NCBI GenBank assembly: GCA_963733195.1
Contig: CAVTCR010000059.1
Location: 128,001-192,000 of the forward strand
Source of the DNA: an uncultured delta proteobacterium
GTDB taxonomy: Bacteria > Desulfobacterota > Binatia > Bin18
Length of the DNA stretch: 64,000 bases
Direction of reading: 5' to 3'
The position numbers and the translations under genes are program-made. How positions within the stretch are numbered: position 1 is the stretch's first letter; every line of letters starts with the position of its first letter. Shown here one piece after another: positions 20,364-30,882 of the stretch. Below the pieces are notes generated by a model. It saw nothing but the letters and a program-made list of their open reading frames with translations. It had not been told where the DNA came from and did not search any database.

Positions 20364-20609
20364 ATGAGTCTGGTTATTCCTGATGAAATTCTTTACTCGA
20401 CTCACATGTCTGAGACAGAGTTGCGCCAGGAGATTGCGGTTTTGCTCTTCCAAAAAGAGAAGCTGACGCTAGGCCAAGCCAGCCAACTGGCAGGATTGAG
20501 TCAATGGCAATTTCAGCAGCTCTTAGCGAGTCGCCGTATTCCTGTCCACTATGATGTAGCGGAGTTTGAGGAAGACCTGAAAACCCTGAAGGAGTTACGA
20601 CAATCGTGA
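20364..20609 (+). CDS. UPF0175 family antitoxin-like protein
   Basis: LRQEIAVLLFQKEKLTLGQASQLAGL..FQQLLASRRIPVHY. Confidence 0.85.
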   Translation: MSLVIPDEILYSTHMSETELRQEIAVLLFQKEKLTLGQASQLAGLSQWQFQQLLASRRIPVHYDVAEFEEDLKTLKELRQS

Positions 20610-20818
20610 TTGTGGTTAGTAATACCTCACCAATCACTAATCTGGCCGCGATCGGGCAGTTGGAGATGCTCCAGCAGCTTTATGCACAGGTGCTCATTCC
20701 CCAGGCTGTGTATGGGGAGTTGACGTTTGGCGGCGTCATCCAACCTGGGGGAAGAGAAGCGCAAACACTTAGCAGAAGAGATGGGAGGGCGTTTGTCTTA
20801 GTTCAATTTTTAGGTTAA
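20606..20818 (+). pseudogene. Truncated DUF3368/PIN-domain toxin
   Basis: IVVSNTSPITNLAAIGQLEML..IPQAVYGEL, then family similarity is lost after about 55 aa. Confidence 0.7.
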
Positions 20819-20828
20819 TTTTAGCCTT

Positions 20829-21075
20829 ATGATCAAACTTAATATTCATGAGGCGAAGACGCATACTTTCCCGCTATCTCAAACACTTGGAAGCTGGAGA
20901 AACGATTCTCCTTTGCCGACACAACGTTCCCATTGCTGAGATTCGTCCGTTGCCCCCGCAGCGCAACACGCCTCGCCCCCTCGGGACGGCTAAGGGCAAA
21001 GTGAAGGTACCACCAGAGTTCTTCGAACCGCTGCCTGAAGAGATTTTGCGCGGGTTTGAGGGACAAGGGACGTGA
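20829..21075 (+). CDS. Phd/YefM antitoxin (frameshift near 20864)
   Basis: ATG 20829 gives MIKLNIHEAKTH, which joins LSRYLKHLEAGETILLCRHNVPIAEIRPL after removing one base. Confidence 0.8.
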
Positions 21076-21458
21076 AAGTCCTTGTTGATACGTGCACGTT
21101 CCTATGGATGGCCGATGATGCTCCCGAGCTGTCCACTCACGCACGGGCTATCGTCACTGACCCAGACAATGAGGTGTATTTGAGTGCGGCCTCGGTGTGG
21201 GAAATTGCGATCAAGTATGCGCTCGGTAAACTCCCGTTGCCAGAACCCCCACGCCAGTTTGTTCCCGCGCAACGGACACTGCTTGCGCTCACGGCGCTTC
21301 CGATCGAAGAGGCCGCTGTGTTAGCCTTGGACCGTCTGCCGACGCTCCATCGAGATCCGTTTGACCGGGTGTTGATCTGTCAAGCACTTACACATGGTTT
21401 AGTGATCGTCAGTCCTGATCCGCAGATTCAGCAGTATCCAATATCGACACTGTGGTAG
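21072..21458 (+). CDS. vapC: VapC/PIN-domain toxin
   Basis: LVDTCTFLW, SAASVWEIAIK, HRDPFDRVLICQA; GTGA overlap with antitoxin. Confidence 0.9.
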   Translation: MKVLVDTCTFLWMADDAPELSTHARAIVTDPDNEVYLSAASVWEIAIKYALGKLPLPEPPRQFVPAQRTLLALTALPIEEAAVLALDRLPTLHRDPFDRVLICQALTHGLVIVSPDPQIQQYPISTLW

Positions 21459-21563
21459 CAACGATTGAAGGGCGCTGTCTACTCTGGAAGCCTTGGAGGA
21501 GTTACTGCACGGCAACGCGTGAGCACCAGTGCTGAGGAATTCCCTACGTAGAGAAATTTTCTT

Positions 21564-22850
21564 ATGCCCAAAGTCATTGGACTCGATTTCGGCACGACCA
21601 ACAGTGCCATCGCTGTCGCGACCGCAGACGGAACTGCGCAATTGGCGACCTTCTCCTCAGAAGGTCAGCCGACCGCAATGTTTCGTTCGGTGTTGTATTT
21701 CGATCCGGAAAATCTCGAACCAACCGGAAAGCCGCGTGCGATTGGTGGCCCAGAAGCGATTGCGCAGTATTTACAAGCAGAAACCAAGGGGCGCTTGATC
21801 CAGTCGATGAAGTCGTATTTGGGCAGTCTACTGTTCAAACATACGGTGATCTTCAACTATACGTTTACCCTTGAAGACCTTATCGCCATGATTATCCGCG
21901 AGCTCCGAGCTGCGGCAGAGGCACAGTTTGGCGATCTCGGAGAACGTGTAGTGGTCGGTCGTCCTGCCCACTTCTCCGGAACAGAAACTGACAGCGAAGA
22001 TGACGTGGCCCTTGATCGGCTACGTACGGCTCTCGAACTCGCGGGATTTTCGCAGGTGGAATTCGAGCTTGAGCCGGTCGCGGCTGCGTATCAATACGAA
22101 CAACAACTTGACCATGACGAACTTGTACTGATCGCCGACTTCGGCGGTGGTACGAGTGATTTCTGCCTTATCCAACTTGGCCCACAGGCTCGTGCACGTG
22201 GGCAGCGCCACAAAGACATTCTTGGCACCGATGGTGTCGCGATTGCGGGTGATTCTTTCGATAGCAGTTTTATTCGCCATTTGGTGACACCTCACCTCGG
22301 TCTCGGCTCGCAATACCGCACTCCGTTTGGCCGTATTTTATCTGCACCGCTGTGGATCTATGAAAAACTTGAACGCTGGCATCAGTTTTCGCTCTTGAAA
22401 ACCCGAGAGACAATGGAAACTCTCCGCCAGCTTCATTTCCAGTCCCTCGAACCGAAAAAGATCGAGGCGCTGATCCACGTAGTGAACGAAGGTCTTGGCT
22501 ACCAACTCTCGCGAGCCGTAGAAAAAACTAAATACGACTTGTCAGAACGTGCGACCAGCACCTTTGCCTTTCGCGATCTTCCCGTTGACATTACTGCGCA
22601 GGTAGGCCGCGCGCAGTTCACGGAGTGGATCGACTTGGAGCTGCGAACTATTGCCCGATGCGTTGACCGGTTACTTGTTCACTGCGGTGTGACATCGAGT
22701 GATATCGATAGCGTGTTTCTTACTGGCGGTTCTTCCTTTGTTCCAGCTGTTCGACAAATCTTTGCCGAACGATTTGGAGAAAACCGTCTACGTGGTGGTG
22801 AGGAACTGACAACCGTAGCAAGAGGGTTAGCACTGCGAGCGTTAGAGTAG
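21564..22850 (+). CDS. YegD-like Hsp70 family protein
   Basis: GLDFGTTNS, GRLIQSMKS, VVGRP, EPVAAA, DFGGGTSDF, LTGGSS; lacks a substrate-binding domain. Confidence 0.88.
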   Translation: MPKVIGLDFGTTNSAIAVATADGTAQLATFSSEGQPTAMFRSVLYFDPENLEPTGKPRAIGGPEAIAQYLQAETKGRLIQSMKSYLGSLLFKHTVIFNYTFTLEDLIAMIIRELRAAAEAQFGDLGERVVVGRPAHFSGTETDSEDDVALDRLRTALELAGFSQVEFELEPVAAAYQYEQQLDHDELVLIADFGGGTSDFCLIQLGPQARARGQRHKDILGTDGVAIAGDSFDSSFIRHLVTPHLGLGSQYRTPFGRILSAPLWIYEKLERWHQFSLLKTRETMETLRQLHFQSLEPKKIEALIHVVNEGLGYQLSRAVEKTKYDLSERATSTFAFRDLPVDITAQVGRAQFTEWIDLELRTIARCVDRLLVHCGVTSSDIDSVFLTGGSSFVPAVRQIFAERFGENRLRGGEELTTVARGLALRALE

Positions 22851-22852
22851 GG

Positions 22853-24199
22853 CTACGGATTCTCTGCGGCGGGTCGCTCACGATCTTCGAGCAGTTGGGT
22901 TATAAGCGGGAGAGTGAAGAAGAAGGTACTCCCTTTTCCATGTGTACTCTCGACCCAAACCTGTCCCTGATGAGCCTCGATGATTTCTTTGACCAGGGCA
23001 AGTCCCAAGCCAGTACCACTGATAGCACGCGTTGCATCATCATCAACGCGAAAAAATTTCGTAAACAATTGGGGCAGTGCATAGGAGGGAATACCCATGC
23101 CTTGATCACTTACCCAGACTTTGATCATCGATTGCTGGTGTTCTGCTCCGACCGTAATGGTTCCCAATTCAGGGGAAAACTTCACTGCGTTAGAAAATAA
23201 ATTAGCCAGCACTTGCTGAATACGATTTGTGTCGATGTAAACCGGAGGCAGAGAATCAGGTACGGAAAGTTGCCACGTATGCTTGCCGTCGCTCTGGGCA
23301 AATACTGAGACTATCTCACGTAAGAGCGGTGTGAGTTGCGCCTTGGCAAAGTGATAGCGAGGGCGTCCAGAGGTGATCGCTTGGAAGTCAAGAAAATTAT
23401 TGATGAGATTAGTCAGTCGGAGCGACTCCCGATGCACGATGCTCAGCAAATCGCGTTGCTTAGGTTGAGAAAAGTCTCGGGCAAGCATCAGTTCGGTGAA
23501 GCCTAACAAGCTGGTTAAGGGGGTTCGTAATTCGTGGCTGACCGTAGAGATCAAGTCATCTTTGAGGCGGTCCACTTCCTTCGCCGCTGTGAGTGCATTC
23601 TCTAACTCGATTTTCTGTTGTCTCTCCTGTACGCGCAGATGTTCGAGTCGTCGATAAGTACGTAGACGAACGTAAAAGACCAACAATGCAAGGACAGTGG
23701 CTGAAAACATGGCGAATGTGAAGTGGAGCCACTCCGGTGATGGTGGGAGTGACCACACAATTAATCCCCAGCCAACCAGAGCCGTGGTCAAAACAAAAAC
23801 AAAACAGGGAATCGAAAGACAAAAACAGGCGACCCCGACGATGAGCAAGAGAATGTTGGTGGTCTGATGCATCTCCCCAGTGAGGTAGAGATGCAAAAAG
23901 CAGTTCACGAGGACGGCTTGTGCGATCCCTGCGACGATCTGATGTGCATAGCGAGCTGTGACCAATGCTCGTTGTATTAGAATGGCGATCCCGACGAAGA
24001 GTACTGCCGACAGAAAGGCAGTGACAGTCATTGGCACAGCTATTGACCTGGGGAGAAGCACACTGTGAGCGATAGCAAAGATCAAGAACAGAAGACTCAG
24101 ACCCAAGGAAATCGGCCGTAACCCGTCATAGACAACCCCAGCAAGAGCTACACGCATCTCCTGCTGAGAAATATGAGAGTTTTGTGTCGCTACATTCAT
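22853..24199 (-). CDS. Membrane sensor histidine kinase (orphan)
   Basis: About 5-6 TM segments; VSHELRTPL, NLFSNAVKFS, DQGMGI, GTGLGL. Confidence 0.92.
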   Translation of the reverse strand: MNVATQNSHISQQEMRVALAGVVYDGLRPISLGLSLLFLIFAIAHSVLLPRSIAVPMTVTAFLSAVLFVGIAILIQRALVTARYAHQIVAGIAQAVLVNCFLHLYLTGEMHQTTNILLLIVGVACFCLSIPCFVFVLTTALVGWGLIVWSLPPSPEWLHFTFAMFSATVLALLVFYVRLRTYRRLEHLRVQERQQKIELENALTAAKEVDRLKDDLISTVSHELRTPLTSLLGFTELMLARDFSQPKQRDLLSIVHRESLRLTNLINNFLDFQAITSGRPRYHFAKAQLTPLLREIVSVFAQSDGKHTWQLSVPDSLPPVYIDTNRIQQVLANLFSNAVKFSPELGTITVGAEHQQSMIKVWVSDQGMGIPSYALPQLFTKFFRVDDDATRAISGTGLGLALVKEIIEAHQGQVWVESTHGKGSTFFFTLPLITQLLEDRERPAAENP

Positions 24200-24326
24200 A
24201 TCAGGGTGTCACCCAGAACTTCTCAGAAGGGAATCTAGCAGAACATCTCGTGTTCGTCAGGAATCCCTATGCAGAGTGGAGGAATGCTGGCAGCCTCTAC
24301 CCGCAGTGAGTTTCGTATGTTAGGAC

Positions 24327-26735
24327 ATGGCGGCTATGGAATCGCTCGCTACCGTCTTACGTCGAGTCCCGTTGTTTGCGGATCTCCCACCTGGTGGCCT
24401 TGCCAAGATTATTGCCGATCTCCGTGAAGAGCAGCATCCGCGTGGGACTGTCATCTGCTATGAAGGTGAGGAGGCACATGATTTTTACATCGTCAAGTCT
24501 GGAACTCTAGAGATTCTGGTCAACCGGAGTGGGAACCAACGCGAAGTCGTAGCGGTTGTTGGTTCCCATGAATGGTTCGGGGAACGCGCGCTGTTTTCGG
24601 ATGGTTCTCGCTCGGCGACAGTGATTGCACGCAACGATGTCGAACTGTGGCGGTTGACCAAAGAAAAGTTCGATAGTCTGGTCGAGGAGAACCCGTGGCT
24701 GATTCTACACTTTACTCAGATTCTCAGTGACCGCCTGTATAATCGCAACCAGGAGTTGTCGAAAGTACAGGCCGCGTTCAACTGGCAAGTGGATGCGCTC
24801 TTTCGTACCCAGTCGCCGACACAGCAAGAATTCCTGACCCAAACTGCCATTCTTTCAACGCTTGAGCCTACGATCGTTCGTGAGCTGACTGGTCATGCAG
24901 AGGCGGAAGCGCTGCTGATGAAGCTTGCCGAGAGCGGCAGCTTTGTTTCTGGCACGGGTGATGCGTTACACTATCCAGAAGCCATTCGCGACTTTCTCCT
25001 TGCACGGTTAATGGAGCGAGTGGGAAGTGAAGGAGTCCGTGCCTTACATCAGCGTGCGGCACAGTTCTACGAACGCACCGGGCAATGGGATCTGACAATA
25101 GATCATTATCTTGAGGCCTCAGCATTTCAGGCAGCGGAGACAGCGCTCGCATCACATGCCAACGAGAGTTTTGCCGCTGGTCGTTTCGACACGTTACGTA
25201 AATGGCTCGATCATTTTCCTCAAACGTTTCGCGACAATGGCCTTGCTCCGATAGAGCAACGACTTGAACAAGCGTTGTCTGCCGAAACACTTTCTTCTTC
25301 TCCAGCTACTCAACACGGGTTCCTTGCGCGGCATGTTCCTTCCTGGATCACCCAATGGATAGCCGGAGGAGTCGGGATCGCCTTGGCGTTGGGAATCGGG
25401 TTTTCTCCTCCACTTGGTGAACTCAACACTGCCGGGATGCACATGCTCGCCCTCCTTGCGTGGGCGGTGGTTTTTTGGGTATTCGATGTGCTTCCTGATT
25501 ATGTTGTTGGCATAGGACTCATTGTCGGTTGGATTCTGTTCGCGATTGTCCCGCCCGAAGTTGCGGTGTCTGGTTTTACCACTAGTCCGTTTTTCCTCAT
25601 CATTGGTGTCCTTGGGATGACGGCATCTTTGCAAAGCTCAGGGTTGCTCTTTCGTCTCGCGCTGTACATTCTTCGCAGTTTTCCCCTGACGTATCGTGGT
25701 CAGACGTTAGGATTAGGTCTGAGTGGGACGGGAATCACAACTTGTATTCCAGATACAACCTCAGGGACGGCGATTGCCGGTCCGATTATCTTGGCGTTAT
25801 CGGACTCGCTCGGTTACACCCGTCGCAGCAATGGTTCCGCCGGGTTAGCAATGGCCGCTCTGCTTGGGTTTGGTCAAATGAGTCCATTTTTTCTCACCGG
25901 AGCCGCTGAGAATCTGCTTGCATGGGGACTTCTTCCTGAAGCAGCTCGCGCACAGATTACGTGGGGAGGGTGGTTCCTTGCTGCGCTGCCGTTAGCGTTG
26001 GTAACGTTTACCCTGGCGTTTATTGCGATTCAGTTTTTCTTTCCGCCAGAGTTTCAGCCCACTGTCTCGCGTGGATTGATCGATACGCAAATTGAAGCGT
26101 TAGGCCCTCCGTCACGCGCGGAGATTATTAATGCCCTCGTTGTTTTTGGTGCGATGCTTGGATGGATTAGTGCCCCGTACCATAGTGTCGATGTTGCCTG
26201 GGTGGCGATGCTGGGACTTTTACTGTTATTAGCGACGAACTTGCTCGATCGTACGGCATTTCGTTCCGGCATTAACTGGGACTTTCTCTTTTACCTTGGT
26301 GCAGTACTGAGCCTGACCAGTGTTGTGCGACAACTTGGGATCGACACGTGGGTAATTCGGCTCCTAACCCCACTGTTGGAGCCGTTAGTAGCAAATTCTA
26401 CGCAATTTCTTCTGGTGATGACGGTAGCGATCTTTGCTGCACGCTTCGTGCTGCCAAGTTTTCCGCTGGTGTCGCTACTGACGATGACCATCGTACCAAT
26501 TGCTGCCACCGCGGGGATCAGTCCACTTCCTTTATTGTTAGTGATCTGTACGAGTGTGGCGGTATGGTTTCTACCGTATCAAAGCACGTGCTACCTCGCT
26601 TTGTATTTTGGCACGAAAGAGAAAGCTTTTTCTCATAGCCAAGTACGACTATTGGCATGGAGCTTTGGTGTGATTTATTGGCTGGCGATTGCTGCGGCGA
26701 TTCCCTACTGGAGATGGTTGAAGTTGGTGCCATGA
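24327..26735 (+). CDS. cNMP-binding/MalT-like/SLC13 (DASS) permease fusion
   Basis: N-terminal CAP domain (FGERAL..RSATV), MalT-like middle (ALHQRAAQFYE..HYLEA), multi-TM DASS-like C-terminus (ITWGGWF, LPYQS). Confidence 0.8.
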   Translation: MAAMESLATVLRRVPLFADLPPGGLAKIIADLREEQHPRGTVICYEGEEAHDFYIVKSGTLEILVNRSGNQREVVAVVGSHEWFGERALFSDGSRSATVIARNDVELWRLTKEKFDSLVEENPWLILHFTQILSDRLYNRNQELSKVQAAFNWQVDALFRTQSPTQQEFLTQTAILSTLEPTIVRELTGHAEAEALLMKLAESGSFVSGTGDALHYPEAIRDFLLARLMERVGSEGVRALHQRAAQFYERTGQWDLTIDHYLEASAFQAAETALASHANESFAAGRFDTLRKWLDHFPQTFRDNGLAPIEQRLEQALSAETLSSSPATQHGFLARHVPSWITQWIAGGVGIALALGIGFSPPLGELNTAGMHMLALLAWAVVFWVFDVLPDYVVGIGLIVGWILFAIVPPEVAVSGFTTSPFFLIIGVLGMTASLQSSGLLFRLALYILRSFPLTYRGQTLGLGLSGTGITTCIPDTTSGTAIAGPIILALSDSLGYTRRSNGSAGLAMAALLGFGQMSPFFLTGAAENLLAWGLLPEAARAQITWGGWFLAALPLALVTFTLAFIAIQFFFPPEFQPTVSRGLIDTQIEALGPPSRAEIINALVVFGAMLGWISAPYHSVDVAWVAMLGLLLLLATNLLDRTAFRSGINWDFLFYLGAVLSLTSVVRQLGIDTWVIRLLTPLLEPLVANSTQFLLVMTVAIFAARFVLPSFPLVSLLTMTIVPIAATAGISPLPLLLVICTSVAVWFLPYQSTCYLALYFGTKEKAFSHSQVRLLAWSFGVIYWLAIAAAIPYWRWLKLVP

Positions 26736-26758
26736 AAAATCGTGAGGAGTAAGCTTAG

Positions 26759-27442
26759 CTACTCATTTGGTAAGCCTCCGCCTCTGCGCCACATGAGAAT
26801 CCCAAGAGAAAGTATCCATAGCAGAAGAATGACACTCGCTGGCATATTGATCGTCATCGCCAACCCGGAAAACCCTGTATACGCTATCACGACACCTGCA
26901 GTCATTGTTGGCACGCCTCCTACGACGGCGAGTCCAGCGAGCCATTTCGGATACGTACGGTCAGCCAGCAGTGCCACTCCATACACACTTGCTGTGAGTC
27001 CCAATACGAGGCTCAACATACTGGCTAAGCCGATCTCGATTTGACGGACGGCGAACGCAGCCTGAAAGGCTCCGTTCTTTTGTTCTGGCAGTGCTGCGGC
27101 CCAGGCATCCACCATAACTTTCAGTGCGATACCGTCCACTGCCTGCAGTGCTGCTGCTACGGCGAGACTAGCAATCGCCCCTCCTGCTGCAATTCGCGCC
27201 CATCCTTTGCCTCTTCTCTCTTCCAATTGTTGCGTCAGGAACAAGAGCGCAGTTGCCATTAGTGTGACACCCGCTAGCTGGATAAGGTGGCTTGCGACCC
27301 ACAGATGGTCTGCCGCGTATTCGGTGAAAGCTGCAACAGCGTCGTTCGGGTCGGCTCCGAGCGGGTGCAAAAAGGTCCCGATGAAAAGCAATACACACCC
27401 AGCGATTGCACAGAGCGCTCCTATTTTGCTTTGGGGTAACAT
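26759..27442 (-). CDS. Membrane protein (DUF4386-like)
   Basis: 227 aa, about 6 hydrophobic helices. Confidence 0.65.
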   Translation of the reverse strand: MLPQSKIGALCAIAGCVLLFIGTFLHPLGADPNDAVAAFTEYAADHLWVASHLIQLAGVTLMATALLFLTQQLEERRGKGWARIAAGGAIASLAVAAALQAVDGIALKVMVDAWAAALPEQKNGAFQAAFAVRQIEIGLASMLSLVLGLTASVYGVALLADRTYPKWLAGLAVVGGVPTMTAGVVIAYTGFSGLAMTINMPASVILLLWILSLGILMWRRGGGLPNE

Positions 27443-27487
27443 CTGCTAAGGCAATTCAGCAAAGACCTTTCTCGTCTTGTTATGGGT

Positions 27488-28765
27488 TTAACTGGCTGCT
27501 CCGGCTTCGGCTGCCGCTTCCCATGCTTGATACGGCCCAAGCCGCGTCATCAGTCCAGCCGCGATCAACGTAGCGACAACAAATACCCCGAGCCCGAGAC
27601 TGTATGAGCCAGTCGCGTCAAAGCCTTTGCCCATAAGGAGTGGACCGAAGACACCACCGAGCGTGAACGCACCAAAGGCGTAGCCGTAAATCTCACTAAA
27701 CGCGCGGAGACCAAAATATCGACTGATGAGATAGGCGATAATGTCCCCCTCTGCTCCCATGCCGAGACCGACGAGAAAGGCGGCAATGAATGCGACCGTT
27801 CCTGTGACACCGCTCCACAACAGCAGAAACCCAAGCGCAGCTCCACAGAAGAAACACAGCGCGACAGAGGACGCAAAGAAGTGATCAAGCAGATATCCTG
27901 CACCGACCCGTCCAAGTAACAACGCTGCGCCAAATAGTGAGGTTGCGCCTGCTGCAAGTTGTGGAGAAATCCCACGATCGGTCAGCAGTGGAACGAGGTG
28001 AATCAAGCAGCCATGTACACTTGCCGACATGAGAAAGAACGCACCGATTAAGATCCAAAACATGTGTGTCCGCCATGCTTCTTGCGCGCTCAATCCAACT
28101 TTCTGTTTGCTTGCGCTTGGACGGGTCGTATTGATTGCTTCACCGTCCGGACGAAGTCCTACCATCTCTGGTGTTTCTTTCAGGAACAGTCCAACCATCG
28201 GAATCGTCACGACCATGACCATCGCCCCGATCAGAATGTACGCTTGACGCCAGCCTTGCGAGACGATCAGCATTTGGGCAAGCGATGGCATAACAAACGC
28301 TCCGAGCCCTAGACCTGCCATGGCGATGCCAAGGGCCAGACCACGTCGCTTGTCAAACCAATGTGAAAGCACATTTGAATAGGGCACGGGTGCTGTGCCA
28401 CCCCCGACCAAGCCTAAGAGAATATACACGGCGTACAGATGCCACAGATTGCCCGACAACCATGAGAGCGACATCAAAGCGAGACCGAAGAGTGAGATTG
28501 AAGGAATAATAACTTTACGGGCACCGAAACGATCAACCAAACGCCCGATGACCGGAAAGGCCAGACTCATCACAAGAAGAGAGAGCGAGAACGCTTGTGA
28601 GATTTCGCCACGACTCCAGCCAAACTCCTGATTTAACAATCTGAGAAAGACACTAAAGGTGAACGTAACAATCGGACCGTAGCCCATAAAGAGGCCGATC
28701 GCGGCGACGAAGACAATCCACCAGCCATAGAGAAATGAATTATTTGCCTCTTTCGTCTGAGCCAT
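27488..28765 (-). CDS. MFS transporter
   Basis: YGWWIV, GRLVDRFGARKV, 12-TM pattern. Confidence 0.92.
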   Translation of the reverse strand: MAQTKEANNSFLYGWWIVFVAAIGLFMGYGPIVTFTFSVFLRLLNQEFGWSRGEISQAFSLSLLVMSLAFPVIGRLVDRFGARKVIIPSISLFGLALMSLSWLSGNLWHLYAVYILLGLVGGGTAPVPYSNVLSHWFDKRRGLALGIAMAGLGLGAFVMPSLAQMLIVSQGWRQAYILIGAMVMVVTIPMVGLFLKETPEMVGLRPDGEAINTTRPSASKQKVGLSAQEAWRTHMFWILIGAFFLMSASVHGCLIHLVPLLTDRGISPQLAAGATSLFGAALLLGRVGAGYLLDHFFASSVALCFFCGAALGFLLLWSGVTGTVAFIAAFLVGLGMGAEGDIIAYLISRYFGLRAFSEIYGYAFGAFTLGGVFGPLLMGKGFDATGSYSLGLGVFVVATLIAAGLMTRLGPYQAWEAAAEAGAAS

Positions 28766-28817
28766 AACCTTCTGTTTCTCCGCTAAGCGAGTCCATAAAA
28801 GATTGGGACTCAAGGTT

Positions 28818-28924
28818 TGTCACCCTGAGTCCTTCGATAAACTCACCTGTGCCTGCGGCACTGGCGCAGGCAGGATAAATTCCACGAAGGGGCTCTCAGC
28901 GAGACCCTTCCGCTTAGAATGACA
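28818..28924. repeat. MITE-like palindromic element
   Basis: Imperfect terminal IRs TGTCACCCTGAG..CTTAGAATGACA; internal hairpins GCCTGCG/CGCAGGC and GAAGGG..CCCTTC. Confidence 0.6.
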
Positions 28925-28972
28925 ACCGTAAGTCGTCACTATGTTTAGTGTCCCAATGCTACATAATTCGAT

Positions 28973-30169
28973 TTAGAGCGCAAACGAGACCTTCACTGCG
29001 CCCGAAGTCTTCTTACTTGCCGCTTCGGTCAGCGCTTCGCGGTATTGCTCAAGCGGATACTTGCGTGGCTGAATTGAGGTGAGGTTTGCACGACGACGTA
29101 CAAGGAACTCGATTGCACGGCCAAAGGTGTCCACCTGTTTGCCTTTGAAAAATTCCGCACCATAGGTGAGGCTACCGATGATTTTGATCTCCTTCATCCA
29201 GATCGGTGTCCAGTCGATCCCTTGCGGAAGTGCAGCAAGCCCTAATATCACTACCGTGCCTTTTCCGCAGGTCATCCGTAGCGCCTGATTGATGGTTGTG
29301 TCATTGGTGATGGTGTCGTACACGAGCCGTGCACCACCGGCGAGAAGTGCGCCGCCACCGGAAAGTTTGTGGACTTTGCTTTGTGTCAACTCGCCGACAC
29401 GCTCCATGACATCATCTTTCTGCGCATCAATAATGTGATCCGCACCCAGCGTTCGCGCGAGTTTGGCCTGGAAGGGATATTTGGCTACGCAGACAACGCG
29501 ACAACTTAGCTCGACTGCCTTGAGTGCAGCGATATTCATCAGACCGATTGTTCCGGCGCCAATGACAACGACAAGCTCTTTCTTTTGCGGGGGATTATTG
29601 AGCACTGCCCGTAAACATACAGAGAAGGGTTCGAGGAGTGAGGCCTCATCGTCGTCAATTTTATCTGGCACTGGAAACAGTCGATGACTGGCCGCGACAA
29701 AGTATTCTCCCCATCCACCACCGGTGGTACGACAAATGCCAATCAGAATACCAGGGCTCAAGCAGCCATCTGCAAGTCGTTCGCAGATACCTGGGTTGCC
29801 ATTCCGACATTGCTGGCAGAGGGACTTAAAGCCACGTTCTCGACAACCGATCGAGGGGTCGATCGACACGCGCTGACCAACTGAAAGACCGCGGACTTTC
29901 TTGCCTACGGCTTCAATCTCACCAAATAGCTCGTGACCTGGAATAATTGGTAGTTGAAAATACGGTTCTGCGGCAGGCATCGGCTTGCCTTGCAGAAATC
30001 CGAGATCACTGCCACAGATACCGGCGATTTTGCTCTTAATCATAACCCAGTTCTCATCGGGTAAATCTGGAACTGGGACCTCGGCTAGCCGAAGGTGGGC
30101 AACACCAGGGAGATGCTCAGGGGCAGTTACTCCTCGTTGCTTTTCATTCAAAAAAAGAATGGCTTTCAT
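28973..30169 (-). CDS. Zn-dependent alcohol dehydrogenase (MDR family)
   Basis: GICGSD, GHE, structural Cys cluster, GAGTIG. Confidence 0.9.
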   Translation of the reverse strand: MKAILFLNEKQRGVTAPEHLPGVAHLRLAEVPVPDLPDENWVMIKSKIAGICGSDLGFLQGKPMPAAEPYFQLPIIPGHELFGEIEAVGKKVRGLSVGQRVSIDPSIGCRERGFKSLCQQCRNGNPGICERLADGCLSPGILIGICRTTGGGWGEYFVAASHRLFPVPDKIDDDEASLLEPFSVCLRAVLNNPPQKKELVVVIGAGTIGLMNIAALKAVELSCRVVCVAKYPFQAKLARTLGADHIIDAQKDDVMERVGELTQSKVHKLSGGGALLAGGARLVYDTITNDTTINQALRMTCGKGTVVILGLAALPQGIDWTPIWMKEIKIIGSLTYGAEFFKGKQVDTFGRAIEFLVRRRANLTSIQPRKYPLEQYREALTEAASKKTSGAVKVSFAL

Positions 30170-30882
30170 AGAGTGGCGGCCTTCACTAACAGTTGCTCGA
30201 CTTCTTCCGTCTTTCGTACCCTTCCGAACGCAAGGCTGAATGCTTGCAACGCCGAATGGTGGAGGGTCTCACTAAACGCTGTGCATGCGTCCTCAACAAT
30301 AATCACTTGAAAGCCTCTGTCCGCTGCGTCCCGCGCGGTGGTTTCTACACAGACATCGGTGGTCACACCACTGACAACGAGTGACTCGATGCCCATATTG
30401 CGCAGCGTCTGATCCAACATGGTGGAATTGAGCGTTCCGCTGGAGGTTTTGTTAATGACGAGCTCGTCGGGTAGCGGAGCAAGGCTATCGTCGATTTGCC
30501 AACTGGGCTCACTGACACGGGGAAACATACGCTGTCCGATGACATTAAGGCTTAACTGATCGAGATCTTTCCACATCTGGTTGAGATCCCGGCCATCAGG
30601 CGTACAGGTCCCGATCGCAGTATAGATAACCGGAAGGTGCTGGGCGCGAAAGCAGGTCTGGAGACGATTGATATTCGGAATGACCGTCGCGTTTACCCGT
30701 TCACAGTAGGGCCCTGTCACTCCTGGTTCGAGTTTCTCGAAGGTTTGCATCAGTGGATAATGCGGGCTAACAAAGTAGCGTTGCATGTCGATGATCAGTA
30801 ACGCGGTCTTATGCGGATCAAGCGTGATCGGAACCTGATCCTTTTGGCGGATGATAGCGAGAATCTTTTCGTGATCAGTCAT
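30166..30882 (-). CDS. Isochorismatase-like cysteine hydrolase
   Basis: LLIIDMQ, INKTSSG, GVTTDVCVETTARDA. Confidence 0.9.
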   Translation of the reverse strand: MTDHEKILAIIRQKDQVPITLDPHKTALLIIDMQRYFVSPHYPLMQTFEKLEPGVTGPYCERVNATVIPNINRLQTCFRAQHLPVIYTAIGTCTPDGRDLNQMWKDLDQLSLNVIGQRMFPRVSEPSWQIDDSLAPLPDELVINKTSSGTLNSTMLDQTLRNMGIESLVVSGVTTDVCVETTARDAADRGFQVIIVEDACTAFSETLHHSALQAFSLAFGRVRKTEEVEQLLVKAATL

